A stretch of 24,000 bases of DNA, taken from the NCBI RefSeq assembly GCF_000744115.1, contig NZ_JQLG01000004.1, positions 1,686,190 through 1,710,189 of the forward strand. The letters run 5' to 3'. Positions 15,618 to 24,000 of the stretch are shown here, piece after piece. The stretch is from Carnobacterium alterfunditum DSM 5972. Its GTDB lineage: Bacteria; Bacillota; Bacilli; Lactobacillales; Carnobacteriaceae. The notes below the pieces were generated by a model that saw only the letters and a program-made list of their open reading frames with translations, was not told where the DNA came from and made no database searches. Made by a program: the position numbers and the translations under genes. Numbering within the stretch: the stretch's first letter is position 1; every line of letters begins with the position of its first letter.

Positions 15618-16217
15618 TCATGAAAAACGGATGATTGGCTTTTTCAAAAAGTCAGCAATAATTGCTTGAAAGATAGCCACAGGAAGATAAATGATGAGGC
15701 TGGAAATCATGCCCAGTTCATAGAACAGGCTGCTTTTCTTGATGGCCTTGCCTTTTATGCGACTAAATAAAGCGCTCAATGCGATGCCGTGGACATTCCC
15801 AATCATGATGGAACGGATCGCCCCTAAGATTCCTGTTGCTTTATTTTCTCCATATAGTGACACGATACGGTTCCATGATTCTTCAGTGGGGTTGCCACGA
15901 GTATCTGCATAGTGTTGAGCAAACAGAAAGGCAGGCATTTCATCGGAAGGGATATCATCAGCTGTTCCGGTCAATAGATTCTGTATTTCCTGATTGCTAA
16001 AACCTTGTTCAAGAAGAGCCATCTTTGTGTGGGCATAAGAACAAACTTCGCAACCGTTGACCTCCGTCACACCCAACATGATCCTTTCAATGAGTTCAGA
16101 TTGCAATGATTTGTCTTTTTTGGCTTTGATCATGTATTTCATTGTCCGTATCCCTTGATAAAGAATGGGATAAAACTCTTGGATTGAATAGTTTTTTTTG
16201 TAGAATTCTTGTGCCAT
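15618..16217 (-). CDS. Carboxymuconolactone decarboxylase (AhpD-like) family protein with a C-terminal membrane segment
   Basis: The motif VTEVNGCEVCSYAH (CxxC of AhpD/CMD-like proteins), 199 aa, a hydrophobic C-terminus, an AAAGGAG SD and TATAAT boxes upstream on the minus strand. Confidence 0.7.
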   Translation of the reverse strand: MAQEFYKKNYSIQEFYPILYQGIRTMKYMIKAKKDKSLQSELIERIMLGVTEVNGCEVCSYAHTKMALLEQGFSNQEIQNLLTGTADDIPSDEMPAFLFAQHYADTRGNPTEESWNRIVSLYGENKATGILGAIRSIMIGNVHGIALSALFSRIKGKAIKKSSLFYELGMISSLIIYLPVAIFQAIIADFLKKPIIRFS

Positions 16218-16535
16218 TTCAGTCTCCTTTTACTTTGTCATCGTCACATTATAGTCTTACCAGTAATCATTATACCCCGCAGCGTATATGTTGTACATTA
16301 TTATGTTTAACTATAAAAAGTAAAATAAGAATTTGATGCTTTTAAATGCATAAGAATATTTTTTTATCATAGTAGATCACGTGAAATAGCGTCATTTGCA
16401 ATAAAGGAGTTTGTCAAAAGATAAGCTATTTCGATTCTTAAGCTATTGTTCGATAGATAAATACTGAAATATCGCGTCTATATCTACTAGTTAGTGAAAA
16501 AGAGCAAAGTAATTAGTGCTTTTAAGAACTAAGTG

Positions 16536-16544
16536 TGGTATACT
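16536..16544 (+). promoter_or_regulatory. Extended -10 promoter (TGgTATACT) driving the tRNA-like RNA
   Basis: A TGnTATAaT-type element lies 7-8 nt upstream of the first base of the acceptor-like stem. Confidence 0.55.
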
Positions 16545-16550
16545 ATTGGA

Positions 16551-16679
16551 TGTAGATGTACGTGGTGTTTCACTTTTTAGAGGTCAAACGATTGTTTTTT
16601 CTTGTGTTTAAATAAGGTATAGGTTCGAATCCTATCTTCTACATTCTCAACTACCTTAACTAAAGGTAGTTTTTTTTTT
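16551..16679 (+). ncRNA. Candidate small RNA or cis-regulatory leader with a tRNA-like acceptor/T-arm module
   Basis: It is delimited by the extended -10 promoter and a perfect terminator. It contains a canonical T-arm, ATAGG-TTCGAAT-CCTAT (16619-16635). An acceptor-like stem, GTAGATG (16552-16558) / CTTCTAC (16636-16642), pairs at 6 of 7 positions. I could not fold a convincing D-arm or anticodon arm. Confidence 0.4.
16651..16679 (+). terminator. Intrinsic terminator
   Basis: CTACCTT (16651-16657) pairs with AAGGTAG (16663-16669) around a 5-nt loop, followed by a run of 10 T. Confidence 0.8.
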
Positions 16680-16818
16680 ACTTTATAAGGAATTAATACA
16701 AAAGCTATTTATGGTTTTGTAAGGTTAAATAAATTTTAAACCGTATTATTTGGGAACGCCTTCTTTATTTGGTACTATTATGTTGTAGAAATTAAATATG
16801 ATAGGAGGGCAAATAAGT

Positions 16819-17403
16819 ATGGTGAAAAAATTCAAAGGTGCTTACCAATCAGTTGAGGAAGCTGCAGCTCAAGTTGAACATTTGATTATAGAAGGTTATC
16901 AGCCTGAAGATATAACTGTTGTTACTCATAAAGAAAATAAAGGTACGATTGAAAGTTTAACTATTGCAGAAGTGGACCCTATTCTTAATAAACAAAATAA
17001 ATCAGTATGGGATCGTGCCAGAGATACGTTTAGTGAATCAGAGGTCGAGAACCCGCTTAAAAAATATAAATTAGATTTTGGAATTACCGAACGATACAAT
17101 AAAACAATAAAGCATGGTGGTTATGTGATCATCACTGAGGAAACAGAAGCGAACCAAGTGGATCATCATCCAAGAAATAGATCGATAAAAGATAAAGATG
17201 ATCCCACTTTGCCGACTATTGGTGAGGTATCAGCATCTGTTAAAGGAAAAATCCCGACTGGAAGTAACAAAGGACCTTCGATAGAAGGGATTCCTCTAAA
17301 AGAATCTGATGGAACATTCGGTGGGAATCATCCAATCGACAATCCAAGTATGCCTAGAGCACCAGGAACAGACTTGCAACGGGATATTCAAGTAGATAAA
17401 TGA
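16819..17403 (+). CDS. General stress protein (YflT / GSP17M-like N-terminal domain) with a disordered C-terminal half
   Basis: ATG 16819 follows an AGGAGGG SD. The N-terminus (FKGAYQSVEEAAAQVEHLIIEGYQPEDITVVTH) resembles the general stress protein 17M-like domain. The C-terminus is Pro/Gly/Asp-rich and low-complexity. Confidence 0.6.
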   Translation: MVKKFKGAYQSVEEAAAQVEHLIIEGYQPEDITVVTHKENKGTIESLTIAEVDPILNKQNKSVWDRARDTFSESEVENPLKKYKLDFGITERYNKTIKHGGYVIITEETEANQVDHHPRNRSIKDKDDPTLPTIGEVSASVKGKIPTGSNKGPSIEGIPLKESDGTFGGNHPIDNPSMPRAPGTDLQRDIQVDK

Positions 17404-17413
17404 AAGTGTACCG

Positions 17414-17451
17414 AAAAGCGAATTGAGACAACTGTCTCAATTCGCTTTTTA
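17414..17451 (+). terminator. Intrinsic terminator after the stress protein gene
   Basis: A perfect 17-bp inverted repeat, AAAAGCGAATTGAGACA / TGTCTCAATTCGCTTTT, followed by T residues. Confidence 0.85.
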
Positions 17452-17554
17452 GCTTTGATCAAGAAGAACAAAAGCTCCTTAGTTATTGATAGTTTATTGG
17501 TAGAAAGTCTGTTAAACTTAATGTCTAAATACATAGATATTAGGGGGAAAAGTT

Positions 17555-18454
17555 ATGCTAGAAGTTAAGAATTTGAAAAAAACTTTCGGAGCACTGACAG
17601 CTGTTGATGATATCAGTTTTACGATTCCGGATGGTCAAATTCTAGGTATGATCGGTCAGAATGGAGCAGGAAAAACGACAACTTTTCGGTTGATATTAAA
17701 CTTTTTAACAGCTGATTCTGGGGAAATTTTATGGAATGGACAACCAATAAAAAAATCAGATTATGATATTATCGGTTATTTACCAGAGGAACGTGGCTTA
17801 TATCCTAAAGTTTCAATAGAAGATCAAATTATTTATTTTGCACAATTACGAGGGAAATCTAAAAAAGAAATCAAGCCTCAAATAGATAAATGGATGGAAA
17901 AGTTTCAAGTTAAAGGAAAGAAAACGGATAAAATCAAATCGTTATCTAAAGGCAACCAACAAAAAATCCAGTTGATTGCTACTCTGATCCATCAGCCTAA
18001 GCTCGTTATTTTGGATGAACCGTTTAGTGGATTAGATCCCGTTAATGCTAGTTTATTAGAAGCAGGGATCAAAGAATTGAAAAAGCAAGGAGCATCCGTT
18101 ATTTTTTCTAGCCACAACATGAATAACGTTGAAGATATCTGTGATCATTTAGTTATGTTACGAGATGGTAAAATGGTATTAGATGGAACAGTTCGCGAAA
18201 TCAGAGAGCAGTTCGGACGGAAAAAATTATTTTTGGAAACACTAGTTTCTAGTGATGAATTAAAAAAAATGCCAGGAGTATTGAAGGTCGAAACGACAAA
18301 GGATGGTTTAAAAGTTCTTGATTTAGAACATCCTGAAGATGGAAAGGCAATTTTTGGAAAAGTGACAAAAAATGGGTATATCACTACTTTCAGTCAGCAG
18401 CCACCCACTATAGAAGAAATCTTTAAAATGAAAGCTGGTGAACCTATTGAATAA
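17555..18454 (+). CDS. ABC transporter ATP-binding protein (NatA/YhaQ-like)
   Basis: Walker A GQNGAGKTT, signature LSKGNQQK and Walker B LVILDEPFSGLD. It is 299 aa with a C-terminal accessory domain, as in the NatA subfamily. Confidence 0.9.
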   Translation: MLEVKNLKKTFGALTAVDDISFTIPDGQILGMIGQNGAGKTTTFRLILNFLTADSGEILWNGQPIKKSDYDIIGYLPEERGLYPKVSIEDQIIYFAQLRGKSKKEIKPQIDKWMEKFQVKGKKTDKIKSLSKGNQQKIQLIATLIHQPKLVILDEPFSGLDPVNASLLEAGIKELKKQGASVIFSSHNMNNVEDICDHLVMLRDGKMVLDGTVREIREQFGRKKLFLETLVSSDELKKMPGVLKVETTKDGLKVLDLEHPEDGKAIFGKVTKNGYITTFSQQPPTIEEIFKMKAGEPIE

Positions 18455-19706
18455 GTTTTGGGTGATCGTGAGTGATGTCTACAAAAAAAATGTTAAGTCC
18501 TTTAGTTTTTTAACAATGGTACTTTCACCTATAGTGATGCTCTTGATCATTGGTGGAGTTGTCTACTTTATCGACCAAACTGAAAATGATACGCCTGAAA
18601 TTGCTATTTTAACAACTGACCAAGAAGTACAGACGCTATTAGCAACAGAAGAAAATCAATTTACCATCAATAAAGAAATTACAACTAAAGAAGCTGCAGA
18701 AGAAGCTATGAAGCAAGAAGAGTTAGATGGTTATTTAGAAGTCAGCTCTGAAAATCAACTCGTTACCGCTAAGTATGTGGATACGTCGTCCAGTGATACT
18801 TTGGATGTGACTGTTTTAAGCGGTCTTTTGACAGCTATTCAGTTAAATAGAAAAGCTGCGGAATATGGATTGACACAACAAGAAACCAAGGAATTAATAT
18901 CGCCAGCTAATTTAGCAACTGAAACGATCGATTTTGAAAATGGCGAAATAACAAGCAAAGACAGTACTGCTGAGACCATCAAAATGTGGAGCTCCTATAT
19001 TGTTGGGATCGCAATTTTTATTTTTATTATTAATTATGCAAGCATTATTGGGACAGAAATTGCATCTGAAAAAGGGACACGGATCATGGAAGTTATTTTA
19101 TCAAGCGTTTCTTCAACTGTTCATTTTTTCGGGAAATTATCAGGTATTTTATTGGTTTGTCTGACACAAATCATTATCTATGTTATTTTGATCTTGATTG
19201 CTTATCCTTTTGTGAAAAATATGGAATTTATTCAAGAATTCTTGCAAGGCATTGATCTTGGAGAGTTGTTGAGTAATTTAATTGGCACAACACTTATTTA
19301 CTTTGTATTAGGGATCATTCTGTATGCTGGATTAGCAGCCTTCTTTGGTTCACTAGTAACTAAAATCGAGGATGTCAATAAAGCTGTTACACCTTTGATT
19401 TTCTTGGCAATGATTGGATTTTATGGTGGGTTATTTGCTTTTGCTAGTCCAAATCAACTTATTGTTAAGGTTGGTTCATATATTCCTTTTTTCACACCAT
19501 TCATTATGCCGTTTAGGGTAGCAAGTGAAACGGTCTCAACTGCTGGAATAGGGATTTCTATCATAGTGATGATTGTGTTCACTATACTATTTACCTTGTT
19601 ATCGCTAGTTATGTACCGCTCAAATGTGCTAGTCTACTCAGATGCTGGAATGATGAAAACGATGAAAACATCTTGGAGTATTTTAAAAAATGAACGAAAA
19701 AAATAA
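18438..19706 (+). CDS. ABC-2 type transporter permease (NatB/YhaP-like)
   Basis: An N-terminal TM segment, an extracytoplasmic domain of about 150 aa, then 5 TM segments. It is translationally coupled to the ATPase gene by overlap. The exact start is uncertain; GTG 18438 is from the track. Confidence 0.8.
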   Translation: MNLLNKFWVIVSDVYKKNVKSFSFLTMVLSPIVMLLIIGGVVYFIDQTENDTPEIAILTTDQEVQTLLATEENQFTINKEITTKEAAEEAMKQEELDGYLEVSSENQLVTAKYVDTSSSDTLDVTVLSGLLTAIQLNRKAAEYGLTQQETKELISPANLATETIDFENGEITSKDSTAETIKMWSSYIVGIAIFIFIINYASIIGTEIASEKGTRIMEVILSSVSSTVHFFGKLSGILLVCLTQIIIYVILILIAYPFVKNMEFIQEFLQGIDLGELLSNLIGTTLIYFVLGIILYAGLAAFFGSLVTKIEDVNKAVTPLIFLAMIGFYGGLFAFASPNQLIVKVGSYIPFFTPFIMPFRVASETVSTAGIGISIIVMIVFTILFTLLSLVMYRSNVLVYSDAGMMKTMKTSWSILKNERKK

Positions 19707-19710
19707 AATC

Positions 19711-19748
19711 AAAAAAAAACTGGGCTATTTGCATCCCAGTTTTTTTTG
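19711..19748. terminator. Bidirectional intrinsic terminator between the convergent permease and yslB genes
   Basis: ACTGGG (19719-19724) pairs with CCCAGT (19735-19740), extended by an A9 run and a T-run on either side. Confidence 0.75.
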
Positions 19749-19754
19749 CTTCGA

Positions 19755-20366
19755 TCATAATTTATGCCTGGAAGATCTTGAAGGTAAAGCTTGTTCATCT
19801 GATTCAGTAAGTTCATCATTCATCAGACCATCTTTTTCATCTCGATTATCATTATGATCATCCAAAATAAAATGAGTCAGTGGTTCTTCAATTGATAAAC
19901 GGTCTTGTGCATCTGATTGCACGATAAAAGTAATGATTTTTGTTTTCTTATTGACTTCAGTTAGAGCTTCAGTATACAAACTATCTTGCATTTGAATTTG
20001 TTCAGCTAGAAATCCAGCTTCTAAATTAAAACTAGACTGTACGTGTTCTAAACGAGCCTGCACAATTTCACCGGACAAAGTATAAATCTGTTTGTTGTGT
20101 TGATCCTTACTCAATTTTAGTAGGCCAAAACCGGCTTTATCAAAAAAATGAATAATATCTTGTCTGTTTTTAAGTGGGTATTGTCTAGCCAATTCTTTGC
20201 CAGCCCAATATAAAATTTCATGTGTATCTGCTCCTAATAAATTGGGTATCAATATATCTCTGATCAATTCGTATCCAAACAAGGAAGGCATATCATTAAA
20301 TTTTTCTAGATCCACTTGTTGTTCATTTTTGCTTCTACTCACTTGCTCATTCACCTCTTCTGTCAT
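19755..20366 (-). CDS. yslB: YslB-like protein (DUF2507) with an acidic C-terminal extension
   Basis: The blocks FGYELIRDILIPNLLG...ILYWAGKELARQYPL...FNLEAGFLAEQIQ closely parallel B. subtilis YslB. Confidence 0.75.
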   Translation of the reverse strand: MTEEVNEQVSRSKNEQQVDLEKFNDMPSLFGYELIRDILIPNLLGADTHEILYWAGKELARQYPLKNRQDIIHFFDKAGFGLLKLSKDQHNKQIYTLSGEIVQARLEHVQSSFNLEAGFLAEQIQMQDSLYTEALTEVNKKTKIITFIVQSDAQDRLSIEEPLTHFILDDHNDNRDEKDGLMNDELTESDEQALPSRSSRHKL

Positions 20367-20443
20367 TGAAGATTTATTATAACGTGATTTGAAACAGAAA
20401 CCTACACTTTTACAAAAAAATACGATTCAGTGGTTTTTAACAA

Positions 20444-21507
20444 ACGTGGATTGTAAGATTAAGCTATACAAATAAAAAAGCCATTCGTGATACACTCTAA
20501 TTGTATTTCCAACCATAGAAAACAAGGAGTGATCACAAATGACCTATACCCATATTACCATGGATGAACTAGTGATGATAGAAGCTTATTACCATCAAGG
20601 TATTCCAGTTGCTAAAATAGCTGCTTACTTGAATCGTACTCGAACACCGATTAATAATGTTATCAGGTTCTTCAGAGCAGGACATACAGCTTTCGAGTAT
20701 TACCTACGGTATAAGAAAAACAAGAAGCAGTGTGGACGCGAAAAAGTTGTTTTACCAGAAGAACAACATCTTTATATCAAGGAAAAAGTAGCTGAAGGCT
20801 GGACGCCTGATGTCATTATTGGCCGTAAAGAAATGACAATAGACTGTTCCGTACGAACACTTTATAGACAATTTAAAGAAAAAACATTCGATGAAGCTAC
20901 CCTTCCAATGAAAGGGAAAAGAAAGCCTAACGGACATCAAGAACGTAGAGGTAGACAAGCTTATAAACGAAATATCTCTGAAAGAATAATAGATTATCCA
21001 ACATTTAAAGAAGAATTTGGTCATATCGAAGGAGATACCATTGTAGGTGTCCGCCACAAAAGTGCGGTCATTACTCTAGTAGAGATTTTATCGAAAGCTA
21101 TCATTACCTTAAAGCCCAAAGGGCGTAAAGCCTGCGACATTGAGAGTGCTATGAATCAATGGTTCCAATCCATACCAAAAAAATTATTCAAATCCATTAC
21201 TTTTGATTGCGGTAAGGAGTTCTCCAACTGGAAATCTTTGTGCAACCAGCATGATGTCGCTATCTACTTCGCTGACCCTGGAACGCCTTCACAACGAGCT
21301 TTAAACGAGAATTCTAATGGGCTTCTTCGAAAAGATGGATTGCCAAAAGAAATGGATTTCAACGAAGTTGATCAGGCTTTCGTATCGTCTGTTGCACACA
21401 AACGGAATATAATTCCAAGAAAGTCATTAAATTACCAAACACCGCTGGAAGTTTTTATGAGTTACATGGATGAAGATATTTTGTATAGCTTAATTTGACA
21501 AATCAGA
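20444..21507 (+). mobile_element. IS30-family insertion sequence, copy B (1064 bp), inverted relative to copy A
   Basis: The transposase and the antisense ORF translations are residue-for-residue identical to copy A. The non-coding ends that I compared by eye also match. It is flanked by AA/AA (20442-20443 and 21508-21509). It is inserted between yslB and murI. Confidence 0.9.
20539..21498 (+). CDS. IS30-family transposase
   Basis: Identical 319-aa product to the ORF at 8929-9888. Confidence 0.92.
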   Translation: MTYTHITMDELVMIEAYYHQGIPVAKIAAYLNRTRTPINNVIRFFRAGHTAFEYYLRYKKNKKQCGREKVVLPEEQHLYIKEKVAEGWTPDVIIGRKEMTIDCSVRTLYRQFKEKTFDEATLPMKGKRKPNGHQERRGRQAYKRNISERIIDYPTFKEEFGHIEGDTIVGVRHKSAVITLVEILSKAIITLKPKGRKACDIESAMNQWFQSIPKKLFKSITFDCGKEFSNWKSLCNQHDVAIYFADPGTPSQRALNENSNGLLRKDGLPKEMDFNEVDQAFVSSVAHKRNIIPRKSLNYQTPLEVFMSYMDEDILYSLI

Positions 21508-21628
21508 AAATAAAAAAGGGGTATTTAAATATTTATCAAAGTTAATTTACTTAATCCCTTGAATTTAAGTGTAAAAAAAGGGAAAATAAGAAGAGTGTAC
21601 AAATGAAACTAAATTGAGGTTGTTAAAA

Positions 21629-22447
21629 ATGAAAAAACAAGCGATAGGTTTTATAGATTCAGGAGTTGGTGGTTTAACTGTAGTGAAAGAGGCTATGCGA
21701 CAACTTCCAAATGAATCCATTTATTATGTAGGAGATACTGCTCGTTGCCCTTATGGCCCAAGACCTGAAGAACAAGTTAGACAGTTCACTTGGGAAATGA
21801 CGCATTTTTTATTGAATAAGGATATTAAAATGCTCGTAATTGCTTGCAATACTGCTACTGCAGTAGCTTTAGAAGATTTGAAAAAGAAATTAGCTATACC
21901 AATCATCGGTGTTATCTTACCCGGAAGCCGTGCTGCCATCAAGGCAACAAAAAATAATCGCATCGGAATCATTGGAACTGAAGGTACGGTAAATAGCGAT
22001 AAATATAAAAAAATGATTCAATCAAAAGACCTTTTGACATCCGTGAATAGTTTAGCTTGTCCAAAATTTGTCCCTTTGGTTGAAAGTAATGAATACAGAA
22101 GTTCGATTGCTAAAAAAATTGTCGCAGAAACTTTGAAACCGATCAAAAATAAAAAAATCGATACATTAATTTTAGGCTGTACTCATTACCCTTTGTTGAG
22201 CTCTATAATCCAAAACGTGATGGGAGATTCAGTGACATTGATTGATTCAGGTGCGGAAACGATCAGTGAAGTGAGTACTATTTTAGATTACTTTAATCTT
22301 GCAGAATTAAGTGAAAACAAAGAAGTTTCCGAACGAAAATTTTTCACCACAGGATCTACCCACATGTTTAATGATATTGCCTCTCAATGGTTAGGCGATG
22401 AGGCATTAGATATTGAACATATTAAGTTAGGAACAGAAAAAATTTAA
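21629..22447 (+). CDS. murI: Glutamate racemase
   Basis: [33 protein letters not shown] and LGCTHYPLL, which carry the two catalytic Cys motifs. ATG 21629 follows a GAGG SD. Confidence 0.95.
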   Translation: MKKQAIGFIDSGVGGLTVVKEAMRQLPNESIYYVGDTARCPYGPRPEEQVRQFTWEMTHFLLNKDIKMLVIACNTATAVALEDLKKKLAIPIIGVILPGSRAAIKATKNNRIGIIGTEGTVNSDKYKKMIQSKDLLTSVNSLACPKFVPLVESNEYRSSIAKKIVAETLKPIKNKKIDTLILGCTHYPLLSSIIQNVMGDSVTLIDSGAETISEVSTILDYFNLAELSENKEVSERKFFTTGSTHMFNDIASQWLGDEALDIEHIKLGTEKI

Positions 22448-22487
22448 ACTAGAGCTAAAAGCTCGACTAAAAAAGTGAGGTTCAAGT

Positions 22488-23852
22488 ATGCGTGCAGATG
22501 GTAGAAAAAATGACGAAAATCGATTGATGACAATAGAAACCAATTATTTGAAAAATCCTGAAGGATCGGTATTAGTTTCTTTCGGTGATACGAAAGTAAT
22601 TTGTAATGCGACAATTGAAACTAAAGTTCCACGTTTTTTAAAGGGAATGAAAAGCGGCTGGGTCCATGCTGAATACAGTATGCTGCCTAGGGCTACTAAT
22701 ACGCGAAATATTCGTGAAGCAGCTAAAGGTAAACTAAGCGGCCGTACAATGGAAATCCAACGGCTGATTGCTCGTTCATTACGCTCAAGCATCGATTTAG
22801 AAGCGTTAGGAGAACGTTCTATCACGGTAGATTGTGACGTGATCCAAGCAGACGGTGGAACGCGTACTGCTAGTGTGACAGGCGCATTTGTAGCTTTGAA
22901 ATTAGCTATTCAAACATTGTTAGATAGTGGTGAATTGGCACTTAGTCCTATAAAAGAAAATGTAGCCGCTATAAGCGTAGGAATTTTAACGGATGGACAA
23001 GCTGTGTTAGATTTAAATTATTTAGAAGATAGTGCAGCAGATGTGGATATGAATTTAGTTATGACTTCTGGCGGACAATTTGTTGAAATTCAAGGTACAG
23101 GTGAAGAAGCTACCTTTTCTGCCGATCAACTTTCAGTATTATTAGAATTTGGGAAAAAAGGAATCAAAGAATTGATACAAATACAAAATGACGCTTTTGA
23201 TCAAGCGGTCGCTTTAAAAAATGAAGAAGTAACGATTCATCCGGCGGTTGCCAAAGATGAAATTTTAATTGCGACAAATAATGTTGGCAAAGCAAAAGAA
23301 TTCGAAGCGTTGTTTGCTGAAAAAGGATTCAAGGTGAAAACATTGCGTGATTTCCCAGAGATTCCTGAAGTTGAGGAAACAGGAATTACATTTAAAGAAA
23401 ATGCACTATTAAAAGCAGAAACGATTGCCCATACACTCAATATGGTAGTGCTAGCTGATGATTCAGGATTGAAAGTTGATGCACTAGATGGTGCACCAGG
23501 AGTGTTTTCTGCTCGTTATGCTGGGGAATTTAAAAGTGATGCCGCGAATAATGCAAAATTATTGCATGAATTAACAGATATACCCAAAGAAAAGCGGACT
23601 GCTCAATTTCATTGTACTCTTGCACTTGCTTTGCCAGGGAAAGACAGCTTGGTTGTTGAAGGCGAAGTAGAAGGATCCATCTTGACCATTCCTAAAGGGG
23701 AAAATGGTTTTGGCTATGATCCGTTATTTTTTGTTGAAAGTAAAGGCAAAACAATGGCCGAGTTGTCTCAAGAAGATAAAAATACTTTAAGTCATCGTGC
23801 AGTAGCATTAGAAAAATTAGATGAAGTATGGGATGAATGGATAAACCGTTAA
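22488..23852 (+). CDS. rph: Bifunctional RNase PH / non-canonical purine NTP pyrophosphatase (Rph-RdgB fusion)
   Basis: The N-terminal ~240 aa match RNase PH ([33 protein letters not shown]). The C-terminal ~200 aa match HAM1/RdgB ([39 protein letters not shown]). One continuous frame. Confidence 0.92.
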   Translation: MRADGRKNDENRLMTIETNYLKNPEGSVLVSFGDTKVICNATIETKVPRFLKGMKSGWVHAEYSMLPRATNTRNIREAAKGKLSGRTMEIQRLIARSLRSSIDLEALGERSITVDCDVIQADGGTRTASVTGAFVALKLAIQTLLDSGELALSPIKENVAAISVGILTDGQAVLDLNYLEDSAADVDMNLVMTSGGQFVEIQGTGEEATFSADQLSVLLEFGKKGIKELIQIQNDAFDQAVALKNEEVTIHPAVAKDEILIATNNVGKAKEFEALFAEKGFKVKTLRDFPEIPEVEETGITFKENALLKAETIAHTLNMVVLADDSGLKVDALDGAPGVFSARYAGEFKSDAANNAKLLHELTDIPKEKRTAQFHCTLALALPGKDSLVVEGEVEGSILTIPKGENGFGYDPLFFVESKGKTMAELSQEDKNTLSHRAVALEKLDEVWDEWINR

Positions 23853-23880
23853 CATAATGCATCATTAATGGGGGTAAAGC

Positions 23881-24000
23881 ATGAAAGTATTAGTTATAAG
23901 CGATAGTCATGGGGATCGGGAGATTTTAGTTGAACTCGTTGAACGCTATAAGGATAAAGTGGATCAAATCTTTCATTGCGGTGATTCCGAATTGGAAGCA
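23881..24000 (+). CDS. ysnB: YfcE/YsnB-type metallophosphoesterase, N-terminal part (continues beyond the window)
   Basis: MKVLVISDSHGDREILVELVERYKDKVDQIFHCGDSE carries the DxHG...GD phosphoesterase motifs. A GGGGG SD lies upstream. The rph-rdgB-ysnB order is conserved. Confidence 0.8.
   Translation, partial: MKVLVISDSHGDREILVELVERYKDKVDQIFHCGDSELEA

Noticed and set aside
16551-16643. A bona fide tRNA gene
   Set aside because: Only the T-arm and a 6/7-bp acceptor stem (with one T-T mismatch) are tRNA-like. I could not build a D-arm or an anticodon stem-loop from the ~60 intervening nt. The unit is about 92 nt, and the 3' side reads ATTC rather than a discriminator plus CCA. It is reported as a tRNA-like ncRNA or leader candidate instead.
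16690-16790. SigB-type promoter (TTTTAA-N12-GGGAAC) upstream of the general stress protein gene
   Set aside because: The match to GTTTAA-N12-14-GGGTAT is only partial. Many Lactobacillales lack SigB, so the call is not supportable without knowing the genome's sigma factor content.
9984-20443. The IS30-bracketed 10.46-kb segment as a horizontally acquired composite transposon, or as an already inverted segment
   Set aside because: Each IS30 copy has its own matching 2-bp flanks (GA/GA and AA/AA). The ORF split by copy A is collinear across the IS. The inner segment ends in yslB, which belongs with the conserved yslB-murI-rph neighbourhood outside copy B. Two independent simple insertions explain the data better. 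It is kept only as a potential for future rearrangement.
3994-21628. Extended N-termini given by the ORF track: 841, 1541, 3994, 5688, 7436, 8449, 11165, 16798, 21614
   Set aside because: In each case an internal ATG sits 5-9 nt downstream of a strong Shine-Dalgarno sequence, which the longer ORF would have to translate through. The longer forms often start at GTG or TTG. The shorter starts were adopted, and they remain unverified experimentally.
1092-23440. Short antisense or nested ORFs from the track: 1092-1355, 1948-2142, 2139-2330, 3310-3540, 5048-5413, 6089-6298, 14342-14524, 15041-15352, 16142-16336, 18145-18384, 20197-20382, 21751-21972, 22544-22825, 23237-23440
   Set aside because: Each lies entirely, or almost entirely, inside a longer, well-supported gene on the opposite strand. 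None has an SD or a family-like sequence. This is the typical shadow-ORF pattern.
1-24000. CRISPR arrays, rRNA genes, prophage or known defence-system genes
   Set aside because: I found no regularly spaced short direct repeats, no rRNA-like sequence and no proteins with recognisable Cas, restriction, toxin-antitoxin or phage structural motifs.

Overview
Chromosomal segment of a low-GC Gram-positive bacterium, probably Lactobacillales. Conserved housekeeping synteny sits at both ends: rnhC-zapA-cvpA-mutS2-trxA on the left and yslB-murI-rph/rdgB-ysnB on the right. Four IS copies from three families interrupt it: one ISLre2/UPF0236-like element, one IS3 element and two identical inverted IS30 copies. 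The middle holds three things of note. (1) An Rgg-type regulator sits beside a divergent, unannotated 22-codon SHP-like pheromone gene. The ORF downstream of that gene is split by an IS30 insertion and can be reassembled into 88 codons. (2) A light/UV-themed block contains a UV-damage endonuclease UvdE with a DUF1722-like C-terminal extension, an unannotated 53-aa membrane protein, a clear heliorhodopsin with all key residues present, and a DUF2202 ferritin-like lipoprotein. (3) A promoter-to-terminator delimited RNA of about 130 nt carries a tRNA-like acceptor/T-arm and lies upstream of a general-stress-protein gene. The most interesting candidate system is the heliorhodopsin / UvdE-DUF1722 neighbourhood, a possible light-sensing link to photolyase-independent UV repair. 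All calls come from reading the sequence and from remembered family motifs. No database search was run.
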